DNA of 64,000 bases from Octopus vulgaris. Its lineage: Eukaryota. Within the stretch, counting starts at the first letter, position 1. Each line of letters starts with the position of its first letter. The translations under genes and the position numbers were made by a program. Of the stretch, positions 51,823 to 64,000 are shown in pieces. The stretch spans positions 55,800,001-55,864,000 of the forward strand of contig OX597821.1 in the NCBI GenBank assembly GCA_951406725.2. The letters run 5' to 3'. The notes beneath the pieces were generated by a model, which made no database searches, had not been told where the DNA came from, and worked only from the letters and a program-made list of their open reading frames with translations.

Positions 51823-54392
51823 TTTATTTTTTTTATTTTTTATTTTTATCTAGTTTCAGCTCACAAGCTGCGGCCATGCTGGGACACCGCCATTTGGTCT
51901 TGCTACATGATTTTACTTCACGAATGCTTTTTAGCAATTGTCATTTGGTGCATGAGAGAGTTCGATGCAGCTGCCCTCGTCTGCACCTCCTGCCGTGAAG
52001 TTGGTTCATCTGGGACACCTGACAAGAAGAGATCCAGTTTTATTTTAAAGGCATCTGCATCCACCCCATGCAGGTCTCTTAGGTTCTTCAGGAGGATATT
52101 GAAGAGCTGTGGGCCTCGGAAGCCCAGGCAATCACAGTATCTTGTCCAACATCTTGATGGCAAATTTGGAGTCCTTGGCACTGTGCAGTGGCGCCCAGTT
52201 CTGGCATTTGTGTAACTCTCAATGCCAAAGTCTGGGACAAGTCCTTCTAGGATCTTCCAGATGTATATTATGGCATATCTTTCTCGCCTACGCTCTAAGG
52301 AATAGAGTCTCAATCTCTTGAGTCTTTTCCCAATAGCTTATATGCTGCACAGAGGCTATCTTCTTCGTGTAGTTTCGTTGGATCGCCTCAAGTTCTGTGA
52401 TTAACTTGACACTGGATGGTGACCATAGCTGAGAGCAATAGTCAAAGTAGCTTAGGACAAGTGTCCTCCAGAGGACCATCATGGTTTCCTGGTCTCTTGT
52501 TCTAAAGGTTCTAAGAATCCATCCGGTCAGCCGCCTACATTTCATTGCCAATTTAGCAACATGCACATGAAAGGTTGCATCATCACTCATGTAAATACCC
52601 AGGTCTCGCACTGATTGCAATCCCTGGGATTGCAATCCCTCCAGATCCAGTGTACTTATTGGGTATTGCATGTAGTTTTGCATGCTGATAGCATAAAGCT
52701 TGAAACTTTTCAGCATTGAACTGCATGCTATTCTTTTCAGCCCACTTGTATATTTTGTCCAGCTCACATTGCAAGTACTTAGTGTCTTCAGGGTTCTGTA
52801 CTGCCTGTGAAACTTTTGTATCATCTGCATAACTTGTGATCGTGGCTCTCTGCGTGGCTGAGGGCATGTCTGAGAGGGCCATTATGAACAGTAGTGGTCC
52901 CAGAACAGTGCCTTGCGGAACACCGCTCACTATTTGCGTTTTAATGGCCACATTGGCTACTACCACCTGACTTCTATCCTTCAGAAAGTCATGAAGCCAT
53001 TCTCCCAATTTTCCAACAATGCCAAGATCACGCAGTTTGTGACATATCATTCCATGGTCGACTTTATCAAAGGCCTTTGCAAAGTCGAGATATATGACTT
53101 CCACATTTGAGTGGTTGAGCAGTCGTTTCAGCACCCAGTCATAGTGTTGTAGGAGCTGAGTTAAGCAGCTTCTTCCTGGTCGGAAACCATGTTGGGTGTC
53201 AAGCAGCAAGTCATTTTCTTCAAGGAAGGTGATTAGTTTCCTTCTGATTATTTGTTCAATGACCTTGCTGATGTGTGAGGTCAGAGAGATAGGTCTGTAG
53301 TTCTTAGCCTCCGCTCTGATATCTCCTTTATGAATAGGGCATATTTTACCTTCCTTCAGTTTTCTTGGAAGTTTACCAGTTGCAAGGAAGCTCTGAAAGA
53401 GGAACTGCAGTGGTCTTGCTAGGACTCTCTTACATACTTTTAGAAGGATTGCTGGGATTCCATCGGGGCCAGTCGCTGAGTTTATTTTCATTTCATCAAT
53501 AGCCTTTATTACACCGTCTTCCTTTATATTGATGTAATCAATCATCACTGCCTCTGATTTTATATCTGCAGTGGTAAAGAAGTCAGTTGGATTGCTGACT
53601 TGAAAATGCCCTAGGGGTGGAGTGAAAATACTCTTGAATTGCTCATTTAGTATTTCACTTACCCTCATTAGATTTCCTGTGAGTGTACCATCCTTTTCAA
53701 GGAGTGGCCCTATCCTACAGTGCACCGTAGCTGTTTCTTTGGCATACCTTAGAAAGCTCTGGGGTTAGATTTTATGTTGTCTATAGCCCAGGCTTCTTTG
53801 TCTGCTCTTTCTTTTTCATGGGAGAGTTGCAGACATTTTTCAATTTCCAACAGTTTTATTTTCAGGTGGGACTTTTCACTGCTTTCAATTTGTTTGTTTA
53901 GGCGATTTGAAACTTTTGTACGCCGTCTCATTAGAATTTTCTTCTCTCTGGGGATTTTGCTCTTGTGTACAGTGACCTTTCTCTCTGGGACACATTTGTA
54001 GCATATGGCTTGCATTACAGACATGAATTGTTGAAGTTTCATGTCGATGTCTGGCGAGGATAGACATTCAGGCCAGTTTTGTTTGAGGATCTCTTTCTCA
54101 ATTTGTTTCCAGTTTGCCTTATGGAAGTTCAAGCTGGAAAGATTCTGAGAGTTTCTTGTAGGCTGCATGTCCATGCTTTCCTTTGGCCCGTACATGGTCA
54201 GCTCTACCATGTTGTGATCCGAGAGTAGTGTCGGTGTCACTTTCACATTATGGATGAGATCCATATTATTTGTGAAGCAAAGATCCAGTATGTTACCTGC
54301 CCTGCTTGGTTGGAGTATTACTTGCTCCATGTACAGAGTGTTGATGAGGTTCAGGAGGGACCTCGCTTGTCCTCGTTCACATCGTGTCATTT
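51823..54392 (-). mobile_element. 5'-truncated CR1-group LINE ORF2 (end of APE endonuclease + RT), few frameshifts
   Basis: NILDLCFTN, GPDGIP, NYRPISLTS, QHGFRPGRSC, DFAKAFDKVDH, GVPQGTVLGPLLF, YADDTK and LYSLERRRERY. Ends in a (TAAAAA)-type tail. Confidence 0.93.
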
Positions 54393-54600
54393 AGAGCAAA
54401 ATTTTTGAATGCTGTCCGCCTGATTTACCGCCTCTGACAGTCACTCACTCCCACTCCGTTTCTTGTTCCCCCCGACAGAGTACATTGTTCTGTATTATAT
54501 GTACGATAGTGAGTAGTATACCTATTCTGAACATTGTGGTCAACATTTCCTTTTGACGTACTTAAACGTGACATATATTTTTGCAATATATCTATACTCA

Positions 54601-55440
54601 AACGCGGCGAGCTGGCAGAAACGTTAGCACGCCGGGCGAAATGTTTAGTGGTAGTTCGTCTGCCGTTACGTTCTGAGTTCAAATTCTGCCGAGGTCAACT
54701 TTGCCTTTCATCCTTTCGGGGTTGATAAAGTAAGTAGCAGTTGCGTACTGAGGTCGATCTTATCTACTGGCCCCCTCTCCCAAAATTTCGAGTTTTGTGC
54801 CTAGAGTAGAAATGAATATATTTATACTTATGAAGGCGGCAAACTGACAGAATTGTTAGCACGCCGGGCAAAATGCTTAATGGTACTTCGTCCGTCTCTA
54901 CATTCTGAGTTCAAATTCTTTCGAAGTCAACTTCACCTTTCCTCCTTTCGGGGTCGATAAAATAAGTACCAGTTGAGTACTGGGGTCGATGTAATCAATT
55001 TACTCCACCCCTAAATTTTCTGCTCTTGTACCAAAAGTTGGAACCAACACATTTATGCTAATAAGTGTGCATGTATCAATGTATGATGGTGCATGCATTT
55101 TTCCTCTGCGTCAAGTTAAGAAAAAATAGCTATGAAGCATTCAAATTAATACTATAGGATAAAAATGTAGTGAATCAACTAATTATTTTCTAAGACAACT
55201 GCAACTATTTAGATGGTCTTCTAATTTACTAATAAGTGCAGCGAGTTGGTTGAATCGTTAGCACGCCGGGCAGAATGCTTTACGGTATTTCGTCCGTTTC
55301 TAAGTTCAAATTCCACCGAGATCGACTTTGCCTTTCATCCTTTTGTGGTCGATAAAAAAAAGCACCAACTGGGCATTGTGGTGGAATTCATCGACTTACT
55401 TACTTCACCAAAATTGCTGGCGTTTGCCAAAATGTTAAAC
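54601..55440 (+). mobile_element. Three same-strand SINE family B copies (about 54601-54815, 54832-55045, 55238-55440)
   Basis: Each has g.cg..ctg.cagaa..gttagcacgccgggc, a B box and the central domain. Confidence 0.85.
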
Positions 55441-55563
55441 CAATTTACAAATATGTAGAAATATATTAGTTACTAATGAGGTTTGAACACTGTTTTGTTA
55501 TTCTTTCTCTTTTACTGACGACTTACTTTTTATCCACTGGATTCAACATTCTACTGATGCTAG

Positions 55564-55678
55564 GTCTGACAGTGCGGTTATATAAATACGAAGTCTGAGA
55601 TCCTTTGTGTTGAGATATTTCTATCCCGGAGTGCTTAAGTCAACAAATACTCTTAACATGAATTCTATAACCGGGGAA
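55564..55678 (+). pseudogene. Candidate exon in phase with 49239-49345 but containing an in-frame TAA
   Basis: ctag acceptor and GAA|GTAAGT donor. Reads (R)SDSAVI*IRSLRSFVLRYFYPGVLKSTNTLNMNSITGE. Confidence 0.35.
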
Positions 55679-56592
55679 GTAAGTTTCTATTCCTAAAATA
55701 AATAGTATCTACTTCATTTGTCCCAAGAAAATGCTTGATCAAATACAAATCGATATTTCAACCTTCAATAATTTTCCCAATAAGCAAGTCTTTGAAATGA
55801 AAGAAAATATAGCATCAGTTGGAAGCTTTTCTATTTTAATTGTTTGGGTGATAATATTTTAGTTCTCTTTCTATAAGAATATATTTATCTCATTCATGCT
55901 TTCTATATTAATTTTCTTTTTTATACTTCTTTTCTATATTTTTGTTTTCCTTATTTTCATTTTACTTGCGGCCTTTTGCAACGAAAGTGCAAGAAAACAA
56001 AAGAAAACTGAAGGTTTCCAATAAAAAATAGACAGTATTTGTATATACATTAATTGTATTATTTTCAATGACATTATTTTCAATTGATTTTCATTGTTTT
56101 TCTACATTTCTGCTCTACTGTATTAAGAGGTGAGAGAAATATGTATTCCTTACGAATTCAGTGACGAATAAACCTCATCAGATGAAAAAGAAATTATCTT
56201 TATAAAATAAAGTTTATTAGGTAAATATTTGTCCATGGCTTACATGTAGATTTAACAAACATTTCAAATGCTACCTGACATATGTATAAAAGAATAACGC
56301 GAATAACACAATATATTTTATGTATATATAAAGCAACAGCAACAATGAGAATTATGGTTCATATGTTCTTACCAACAGGCATACTCATATATCATAAAGC
56401 ATTTATTGCCTTCTGTATGTCTGTGTATGAGTGTATATGTATATACGAATGCTTGTTCGTATATACACATACCGATGTCTTAATCGCTTCTCTCCCCTTC
56501 AGAGAAATTTCTCCTTCCCTTCTCTTTCTTAGCACACTCCCCTTCTCACAGCCGCTTACTCTGATAGCAACAGTTGCCAGTCAAATTTCACA

Positions 56593-56644
<52 letters not shown>

Positions 56645-56706
56645 TGCACGCACATACACACACACACACACATATATATAATATACATATATATATATAT
56701 ATATAT

Positions 56707-57107
56707 TACTCTTTTACTTGTTTCAGTCATTTGACTGCGGCCATGCTGGAGCACCGCCTTTAGTCGAGCAAATCGACCCCAGGACTTATTCTTTGTAAGC
56801 CCAGTAATTATTCTATCGGTCTCTTTTGCCGAACCGCTAAGTGACGGAGACGTAAACACACCATCATCGGTTGTCAAGCAATGCTAGAGGGACAAACACA
56901 GACACACAAACATATACACACACATACAAATATATATATATATATACATATATACGACAGGCTTCTTTCAGTTTCCGTCTACCAAATCCACTCACAAGGT
57001 TTTGGTCGGCCCGAGGCTATAGCAGAAGACACTCGCCCAAGATGCCACGCAGTGGGACTGAACCCAGAACCATGTAGTTGGTTAGCAAGCTACTTACCAC
57101 ACAGCCA
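56707..57107 (-). mobile_element. SINE family A, near full length
   Basis: Nearly identical to 12601-13012. Confidence 0.88.
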
Positions 57108-57128
57108 CGACATATAAGTATTCATATG

Positions 57129-57204
<76 letters not shown>

Positions 57205-57206
57205 TA

Positions 57207-57490
57207 TGGTCCCGGTTTCAGTCCCACGGTGTGACACCTTAGCCAAGTGTCTTCTACTCTAACCTCGGACTCACCGAAGCTCCTCATATGTGTTTGCTTG
57301 TGTGTGTGTGTGCATGCGCGCTTGACAACCGGTGTTGATGTATTTACGACTCCGTAACTTAGCGGTTTGTTAAAAGAAACCGACAGAATAAGTAGTAGGC
57401 TTTAAAAAATGTGTACTGGAGTCGATTGATTCTACTAAAACTTCTTCGGCGTGGCCACAGTCCTGAAACATGAAAAATGATAAAAGATAA
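57207..57490 (+). mobile_element. SINE family A, diverged and truncated
   Basis: ggtcccggtttcagtccca...cttgacaaccggtgttg...gtggccacagtcctgaaac. Confidence 0.7.
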
Positions 57491-57499
57491 AAGATTTAC

Positions 57500-57698
57500 A
57501 TGCATACACACATACATGAATACATACATACATGCATACATACATACATACATACATACATACACACACATACATATATACATACATACATACATACATA
57601 CATACATACACACATACATACATACATACATACATACATACATACATACATACATACATACATACATTTACATGCATGTATGCATACATACATACATA
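57500..57698 (+). repeat. (CATA)n microsatellite
   Basis: Directly visible. It generates the MYVC/HTYI pseudo-ORFs. Confidence 0.95.
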
Positions 57699-59489
57699 AT
57701 TTATGATATATGAGTGTACGTGCTTGTTTCGGTGTGCATATATTGTATGTGCTATTTCCAGTACATACTTTATGCATCATCGTTCATATTTTCGCCACAA
57801 CAATCATACCTGGAACTTTTTACATACAAACTTCAATGAGATGTTTACATCTCCTTTCACTTTCATTTATTTTTATTCACACCGACGATTGAAATAAATG
57901 CTGCTAAATATTGCGTATGTACCAAGCATATTGCATACCACCAAGCATACATGCATACAGGTTTATTTGATGCACAAGCACGCCAATCATGCATGCATAC
58001 ATGCAGGCATATATACATATGCATGCTTGAATACAAACTTATAAGCATAGATACATGCATAAGCACACATAAAAACGCACTCGTAAAAACATAACATGCG
58101 AGTACGATACACCTTTACTTTGGGTAAAACCTTTTAGGGGTGTTTAATAACACAGTGTGACAAAATTTTAATTTTATTTTTTGTCTTTGTTATTTACTAT
58201 TTGTTATGATTTGTTATTTCTTATTTTCTTCTATCTAGAAATCAAAGGGAATAACAATGATTCCCTTCAAGCTTTGCTTTTGTGACCTGGACATCAAAGA
58301 TTTCGACCTGATCTATTTTGCGTTACATTACATAAATTCAGCGCTGAATTCTTCAAGCAGGGATATCGTTATAACAAATATTCTGCTCAATACCACAGAT
58401 TTGCTTGTCGTTTGCTTAACCTTAGCGGCTGACGATATGTGCATCTCTGATCACTAGCTGGAGTAGTGGGGAAACATCATTACTATGTGGTAAGAGGGAT
58501 TCTTTAGGGTTTAAATAAATATAAGAAAAGCAAAGTTTCAAGAAAATATTAGCCATTTTTCATACTTTCTAGGAGTAAGCAAATAGGAAATAGCAGTTGC
58601 TACCAAAATACAAACGAGCCTGTGAAGATGAAAGGCTAAGTCAACCTCAGCGGAATTTGAACTCAGAACGTAAAGACAGACGAGATGCCGCTAACGACTC
58701 TACCAGCTCACCACCTTTGTTACTTTTGTAATATCCCAATCGTTTATCAGTGTATTTTCTTTTTTGTCAACTATGTCGTTGAAATGCATTTTAACTAACA
58801 TAAAATATTCTGTTTCAATGTATGCAGCTTTAAAGAAGAAAAGAATTTTAAAATGCATTTGCAAACTTGCAAACATTTTAAGACAACGTCTTTTTATTTC
58901 AATGCTAGTTTCTACTTCGTCGTTCGCATAATCTTTTTATTTAAATTCCATCGATTTTGTATCTAACATCATAATTTTCTTTATAAACTCTCACCTAACG
59001 AATTCAATTTTCGTCGAGTTTTATTTATGCCAAATCTCAAAGTGTAATCATTATATATTGACCATACTGCAAGCTGTAAGCCATGCTTGTGGTAAATGCG
59101 AACATATTACGTTATTTTTCAAGCATTACATATCAAATAATAGTTTAACTTTGTTTCCAGATTTTCTTTTTATATTTCTTGAGGTATATCGTAGTATACA
59201 TCGATTATTTTTATAGCAGTCCCACAGAAATAAAACTCCTACAGAATCTCCTTTGTTTCGCGTTTTTTTTTTAAAGTTTCTTTGTTGTTTTTGTTTTTGT
59301 TGCTTTTTTTTACAATCAATATATATAGAGATTTATTTCCTATTATTGAGTAGCTAGGTATTTACTGAATATAGAATAACTTCCAAATTATTTCGAGAAC
59401 TTCTTACATATGAGAAATTCGAAAATGTCAAAAGCAGGTGAAACAAGTACACACTCATACACACACACATACACACACACACACACACG

Positions 59490-59522
<33 letters not shown>

Positions 59523-60334
59523 GCACATATGTGTGCGCGCACGTGTGTGTGTGTGTAGGATGTACATTAACTATTTACAGCTGTTCTTTCGATAGCCATA
59601 TAATTATATTACACTTTCAATTTCCACATTCCACACACTTTTACTAATTTTCATGCTAGTCATTTGTATAGGAATGCAAAGAAAACTAAAAACAATTCAA
59701 GAAATGGTGTATTGAATAACATTCTTATGTAAGAAGAAACATAAGGTTATGGATTATATTACTGCCTTCTCAGACCTTCCAATGCTGTACACAGATATTC
59801 TAATTTCTATTCACACATCCAGTGACAGGTTGTCAATATTGATCAGATTATACATTGTAAGTATACAAACCTTTCTGCCTTTCTATCACTCATTAACTAA
59901 AAGACTTTCGCTTGAATGGGCAAAGTTAACAATGGTGTGTCTTTTAATGAGATAAAAAGGAAATAATCATCTGCAAAAGACTCGATAACTTGACAACTAA
60001 TCCTGGTGTATACTCTTGTTATTATAGTTGTTTAGCCCCAGGCCAATCCTGAACAAGCAAAGCTATGGCCAAAAGCATACCATCCATGACCAGTCTGTCT
60101 TTTGTAAAAGTATTAGGATTTCATTATCTTTTTCCCGTTAGACAAGAATTGTCGACTGACACATGTGTTAGCGTTATTCAATACATAAGGAAAATTGACA
60201 AATTGACACATTATTACATTACACAAAATTACATTAATAGTCGATTGGTCTCGTTTCCAGGTACTACTTCTGAAATTTTCTATTAGTTACTACAGAGCCA
60301 ACAAGAACAAGCCAGCAAAGACTAACAAAGTTTA

Positions 60335-60378
60335 AACTTCCACTGACGGTGGCTTAGAAAGCAGAAACATTCGGAGTT
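60335..60378 (+). ncRNA. Degenerate hammerhead-like motif
   Basis: AACUUCC-a-CUGACGG-U-GGCU UAGAA AGCA-GAAA-CAUUC-GGAGUU. Stem I is evident; A9 and C11.1 are substituted. Confidence 0.4.
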
Positions 60379-60584
60379 ATCTCTCTTGTTTACTCCACCG
60401 AACAATAATATTAACCAACATTTATTCTTAATCATTGTACTTTAGATAACTGTGGTTATCCCTATTAAAACCATTTAATTACATTAACGTTTTTCTCTCG
60501 AAGTAACTGGCGGTCCCACAGATTAATGACTCATTATCTCATTTAACAATAGATTATTATCATTAGTTCTTACATTCAACATTA

Positions 60585-60804
60585 CGAGGGGTTGCTGAAA
60601 AGCTTCTGGTTTGGGGTAAAAGAAAATACAGGAGGATCAGTTAATTATGGTTTTATCCAAGCTATTCCCTTCTCAGATGCACACACTTATTGCAGCGGTT
60701 CTTCAGATTTTGTAAGCCCTGTAAAAGAACTCTGAAGGTTGGGCCTCAAACCAGGCCTTTCGCAACGCCCTTAAATGACGCAAGAACTTTTCAACACCCC
60801 TTCC
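60585..60804. mobile_element. Mariner-derived MITE
   Basis: TA|cgaggggttgctgaaaag...cttttcaacaccccttcc|TA with imperfect TIRs, about 220 bp. Confidence 0.7.
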
Positions 60805-60895
60805 TACATATGTGTGCAGAGATTCATAGATAAATACATACATACATACATACATACATACATACATACATACATACATACATACATACATACAT

Positions 60896-62360
60896 ACTAC
60901 AGAAACCTTATAACAGTAAGCCTCGATTATAAGAATATATTCGACTCTGTTCCCACTCATGGCTGTTGAAGCGCATTACCATCTAGCTAGTGTACCTGCT
61001 ACAACAGTTGCTGTCACTGAGAGGTTCACAAAAACCTGCGTAACAATCCTCACACAACTGGGAGCGGAACAATCACTTCTCATCTTATAAATATTTCAAA
61101 GGGAATATTCCAAGTAAACACTATTTCTGTATTTCTGTTTACTTTATTAATAAACCCGTTACCATTTCTGTCACAAAAATTTAAAGGCTGTCTGCTAGGG
61201 TCTGAAACTGCTAGAGATACTAATGTAACTGATAGTCTCTTTGTGGGCGATGATCTATGCTAAAAATGTTTACAATGCCAAAATATAGTTGGATTTAATA
61301 ACACTGACATTAGATTGGAAATTGGCTCGAAAGAAATGTTCATATTTCATTGCTGAATGTGGAAAATAATCTCACCCTCAAACCCAGAACCGCTGCGTCA
61401 ATAATTTCTCTATATGTCTCCTATTCCACACGAGGATTGTTACAAGTACTTAGGCATCGACGAAAATATATTATATGAAGATGCTGTGAAAGGAAGATAG
61501 AATAACCTGAGAATATTAAACCAGACTTACAAAAATGTGACAGTCGGAAGTCTCCTCTTACAACAAGATAATATCCCACAATGCATTTTCAGCACTAGTG
61601 TTAACACCATCATTTGAAATACTTGACTGGTTGGTAGAGTAAATCTATGCCATAGACATTAAACCTCTCAAGATCCTGACATTAGCCAAAAATGTCCATA
61701 TGATATCAATTGGCTCTACCAATGTGGAGGCAAATAGCCTAGTGGTTAGAGCACCGGTTCGAATCTCAGACCGGGTGATGTGAGTGTTTATGAGCGAAAC
61801 ACCTAAGCTCCATGCGGCTCCGGCAGAAGGTAATGGCGAACTTCTACTGACTCTTTCTTCCTGCATCTTGCAGCTCACCTGCGATGGACCGGCGTCCCGT
61901 CCAGGGGGAAAACCTATACGCCAAGAAACCGGCCCTTATGAGCCAGGCATGGCTCGAGAAGGAACAAAACAAACAAAACAACAACTCTACCTATGTAGAG
62001 ATGATTGTTGAAATCAGTGCAGATAGCTTGTGAATGTCGTCTGGACATCATTTGCTCAACAACAGTAAACAAAAATATAGATATGTAAACCTGATGCTGA
62101 AAAGTGAAGAGAACAACATCCTATACGTCGACAGGCTCCTCAGAAAGTGCTTTCTTCCTGACAACCTCCCATACAACCCCCAAACAGCTGGACTAACAAA
62201 CCTCAAAGAAGGTTCAGCATACCATGAGTATGTTTCCTAAAGACTCGAAGAAGACAGTAATATTGTTATGAAGTGAAGCCTCTCACTGACTAGTAACTGC
62301 TACTTCATATCACACTTCGAATACTATAGCTTTGCAGTCCAAGTGCAACATGAATAAAGG
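60896..62360 (+). mobile_element. Highly decayed R4/Dong-type RT region
   Basis: LDYKNIFDSVP, KGIFQ...S..LF.L.INPL, LFVGDDL and YKYLGI remnants. Confidence 0.7.
61726..61984 (+). mobile_element. tRNA-derived SINE family D (V-SINE-like 3' domain) with TSD
   Basis: A box TAGCCTAGTGG, B box GGTTCGAATC, cctgcgatggaccggcgtcccgtccagggg and a (CAAAA)n tail. Flanks ctctaccaatgt (61714) and ctctacctatgt (61985). Confidence 0.8.
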
Positions 62361-62372
62361 AGATAAATAGAG

Positions 62373-62796
62373 AATACCAAATGAGTTCCCTATGGATACC
62401 GTATTTATTACAACGAGTGGCTTGTAAACGTATCTAACGAGCGAAAGCGAGTTAGATACGTTTACACGAGTTGTAATAAATACGAGTTGTAATAAATACG
62501 GTATCCATAGGGAACTCGTTTGGTATTTTATTTATTACACACGAATAAACGACCATATTTTATTAACCCAATAACTAAATTCTTCACGTTTAGTTGTAAC
62601 TTATGAATGACAAAAGTAGTGCCGTCACCGTGACCACGGGTCATCACCATGAATTGACCAATCAGAAGCAGCGCTGTTACCGTGACCTCGGGTTATCTCC
62701 ATGGATTGACCAATCAGAAGCAGCGCTCGCAGTATCTGACATATGTTAGATACCAAAAATATCTCAAAGTGTTCTCACTCACATGTGTGTAATAAA
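62373..62796. mobile_element. Foldback non-autonomous element (Crypton-like MITE architecture)
   Basis: 155-bp hairpin centred on cgagcgaaagcgag, 2 x 52-bp CCAAT-containing tandem units, and a tttattacac (62531) / gtgtaataaa (62787) inverted pair. Confidence 0.55.
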
Positions 62797-63257
62797 CGTA
62801 TGTATCACCATTGTGGTTGTTTGGAATACTAGATGTTCCAAGTGAAACTGCATGCTTAACGGCGATGGATCATCAGTAAATTCTTTATTGTATTATGTTA
62901 CAGTGAACTATCACAATTTCTCCTAACATTGGCTCTTTATATCAATAACTAGTATTTGCTTCATTATAAATGTATTGGAACTGTTGCTATGATAACAGAT
63001 CTAAAGAACACTAAGGAAATCCAAGAGAAAGCAACGAGGCAGATGTTCATAAAAACCCACAAAAGGAGTTCCAGGAATGCTCCCATGAAAGGCATACAGT
63101 GTGTGGATAAAGTGTGTGGCTTCAAAAGGGGACTACTACGAAGGAGATTAAATGCCGAATTGATATGTGTCGTAGTTTTCTTTTTATAGCACCAGTCCTG
63201 ATACTTTTTGATCAGACTTCACGCTGGAAGCAGATACACTACATAAGTGGGTGTGTT

Positions 63258-63333
<76 letters not shown>

Positions 63334-64000
63334 TGAAAGCAGATCGGACGAAAACAGACTCCATGATTGCTGAATAGCGCAAATGTGGTTTTTCAGTCCT
63401 GCTAGCAACTGACCCTCTTTCGCAAAGACATGGCAATGATGGGCGTTTCTTTCGGTAGGTATTAAAATATTGTTGTTTTGAACCTTCATAAGCAGTTTCC
63501 TTCCTCCTCATAACGTACATTATTTTCCACATGGCAAGTGAAATAGATTCTGTTGATATGTTTTAATAATGGATTGTGCCAGGTGATATATCAAAGACAG
63601 TGTATTCACCAAGGTTGTGTGTCTGTCATAGGCAAGAAATTGATCCAGGTAATATGTTATCGAGAATGAACTGACCCACGATATGTATTTTAGACATTTG
63701 TCATATGATAGATGCAATAGTCAACGAATCGAGCTTGGTGTTGTGTTATGTACAATAGACTAAATTAATCAATATATTTTTTTATCAATGTACCCTTTTA
63801 CAATTTTCCGATTCTTATTCTTTCCCTGATGTATTTCTCTTCAAATGTTTCAATGTTGAGACATTGTACTGTTTTTGTTTAGATATTATTTTTTCATATA
63901 TAAAAACCTTGCTTTTGTTTTTGTTGTTGTTACTGTTTTCCTTTCAAAAAAATTCGTCAGAATGCATTATCACTTTATGATATGAAAATCAATAGTAAAA

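Noticed and set aside
51694-52215. 173-aa + strand ORF
   Set aside because: Antisense to the CR1-like LINE and spanning the mariner TIR, so it is a shadow ORF.
62624-62727. Direct repeats resembling a CRISPR array
   Set aside because: Only two contiguous units with no spacers, a eukaryotic context and no cas genes.

Overview
AT-rich, microsatellite-dense eukaryotic DNA. The repeat repertoire strongly suggests an octopus/coleoid cephalopod genome (inference). No intact, recognisable host gene is present, and most ORFs in the track are microsatellite or antisense artefacts. The window is a layered transposon landscape. It holds about 12 fragments of restriction-like-endonuclease (R4/Dong-type) non-LTR retrotransposons, often embedded in (AAT)n, and one 5'-truncated CR1-group LINE (51823-54392, -). 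It also holds Penelope-like and L1/Tx1-like remnants, a full-length decayed mariner with TIRs and TA TSD (50548-51779), a Chapaev3-like transposase, a non-autonomous Helitron, an RTE-derived bipartite element, a Crypton-like foldback element and three tRNA-SINE families. The main highlights are: (1) a 260-bp palindrome at 47691-47950, inserted into a SINE's (TA)n tract, with two divergent type-I hammerhead ribozyme cores, plus four or five more hammerhead-like motifs elsewhere; (2) a SINE tail sharing a stem-loop with the CR1-like LINE 3' end; (3) an (AAT)n-centred stacking of retroelements; (4) interlocked near-perfect inverted duplications at 18.3-19.1 kb; (5) scattered + strand splice-bounded frames of an unidentified, possibly decayed gene with in-frame stops. 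All calls were made by eye and boundaries of decayed elements are approximate.
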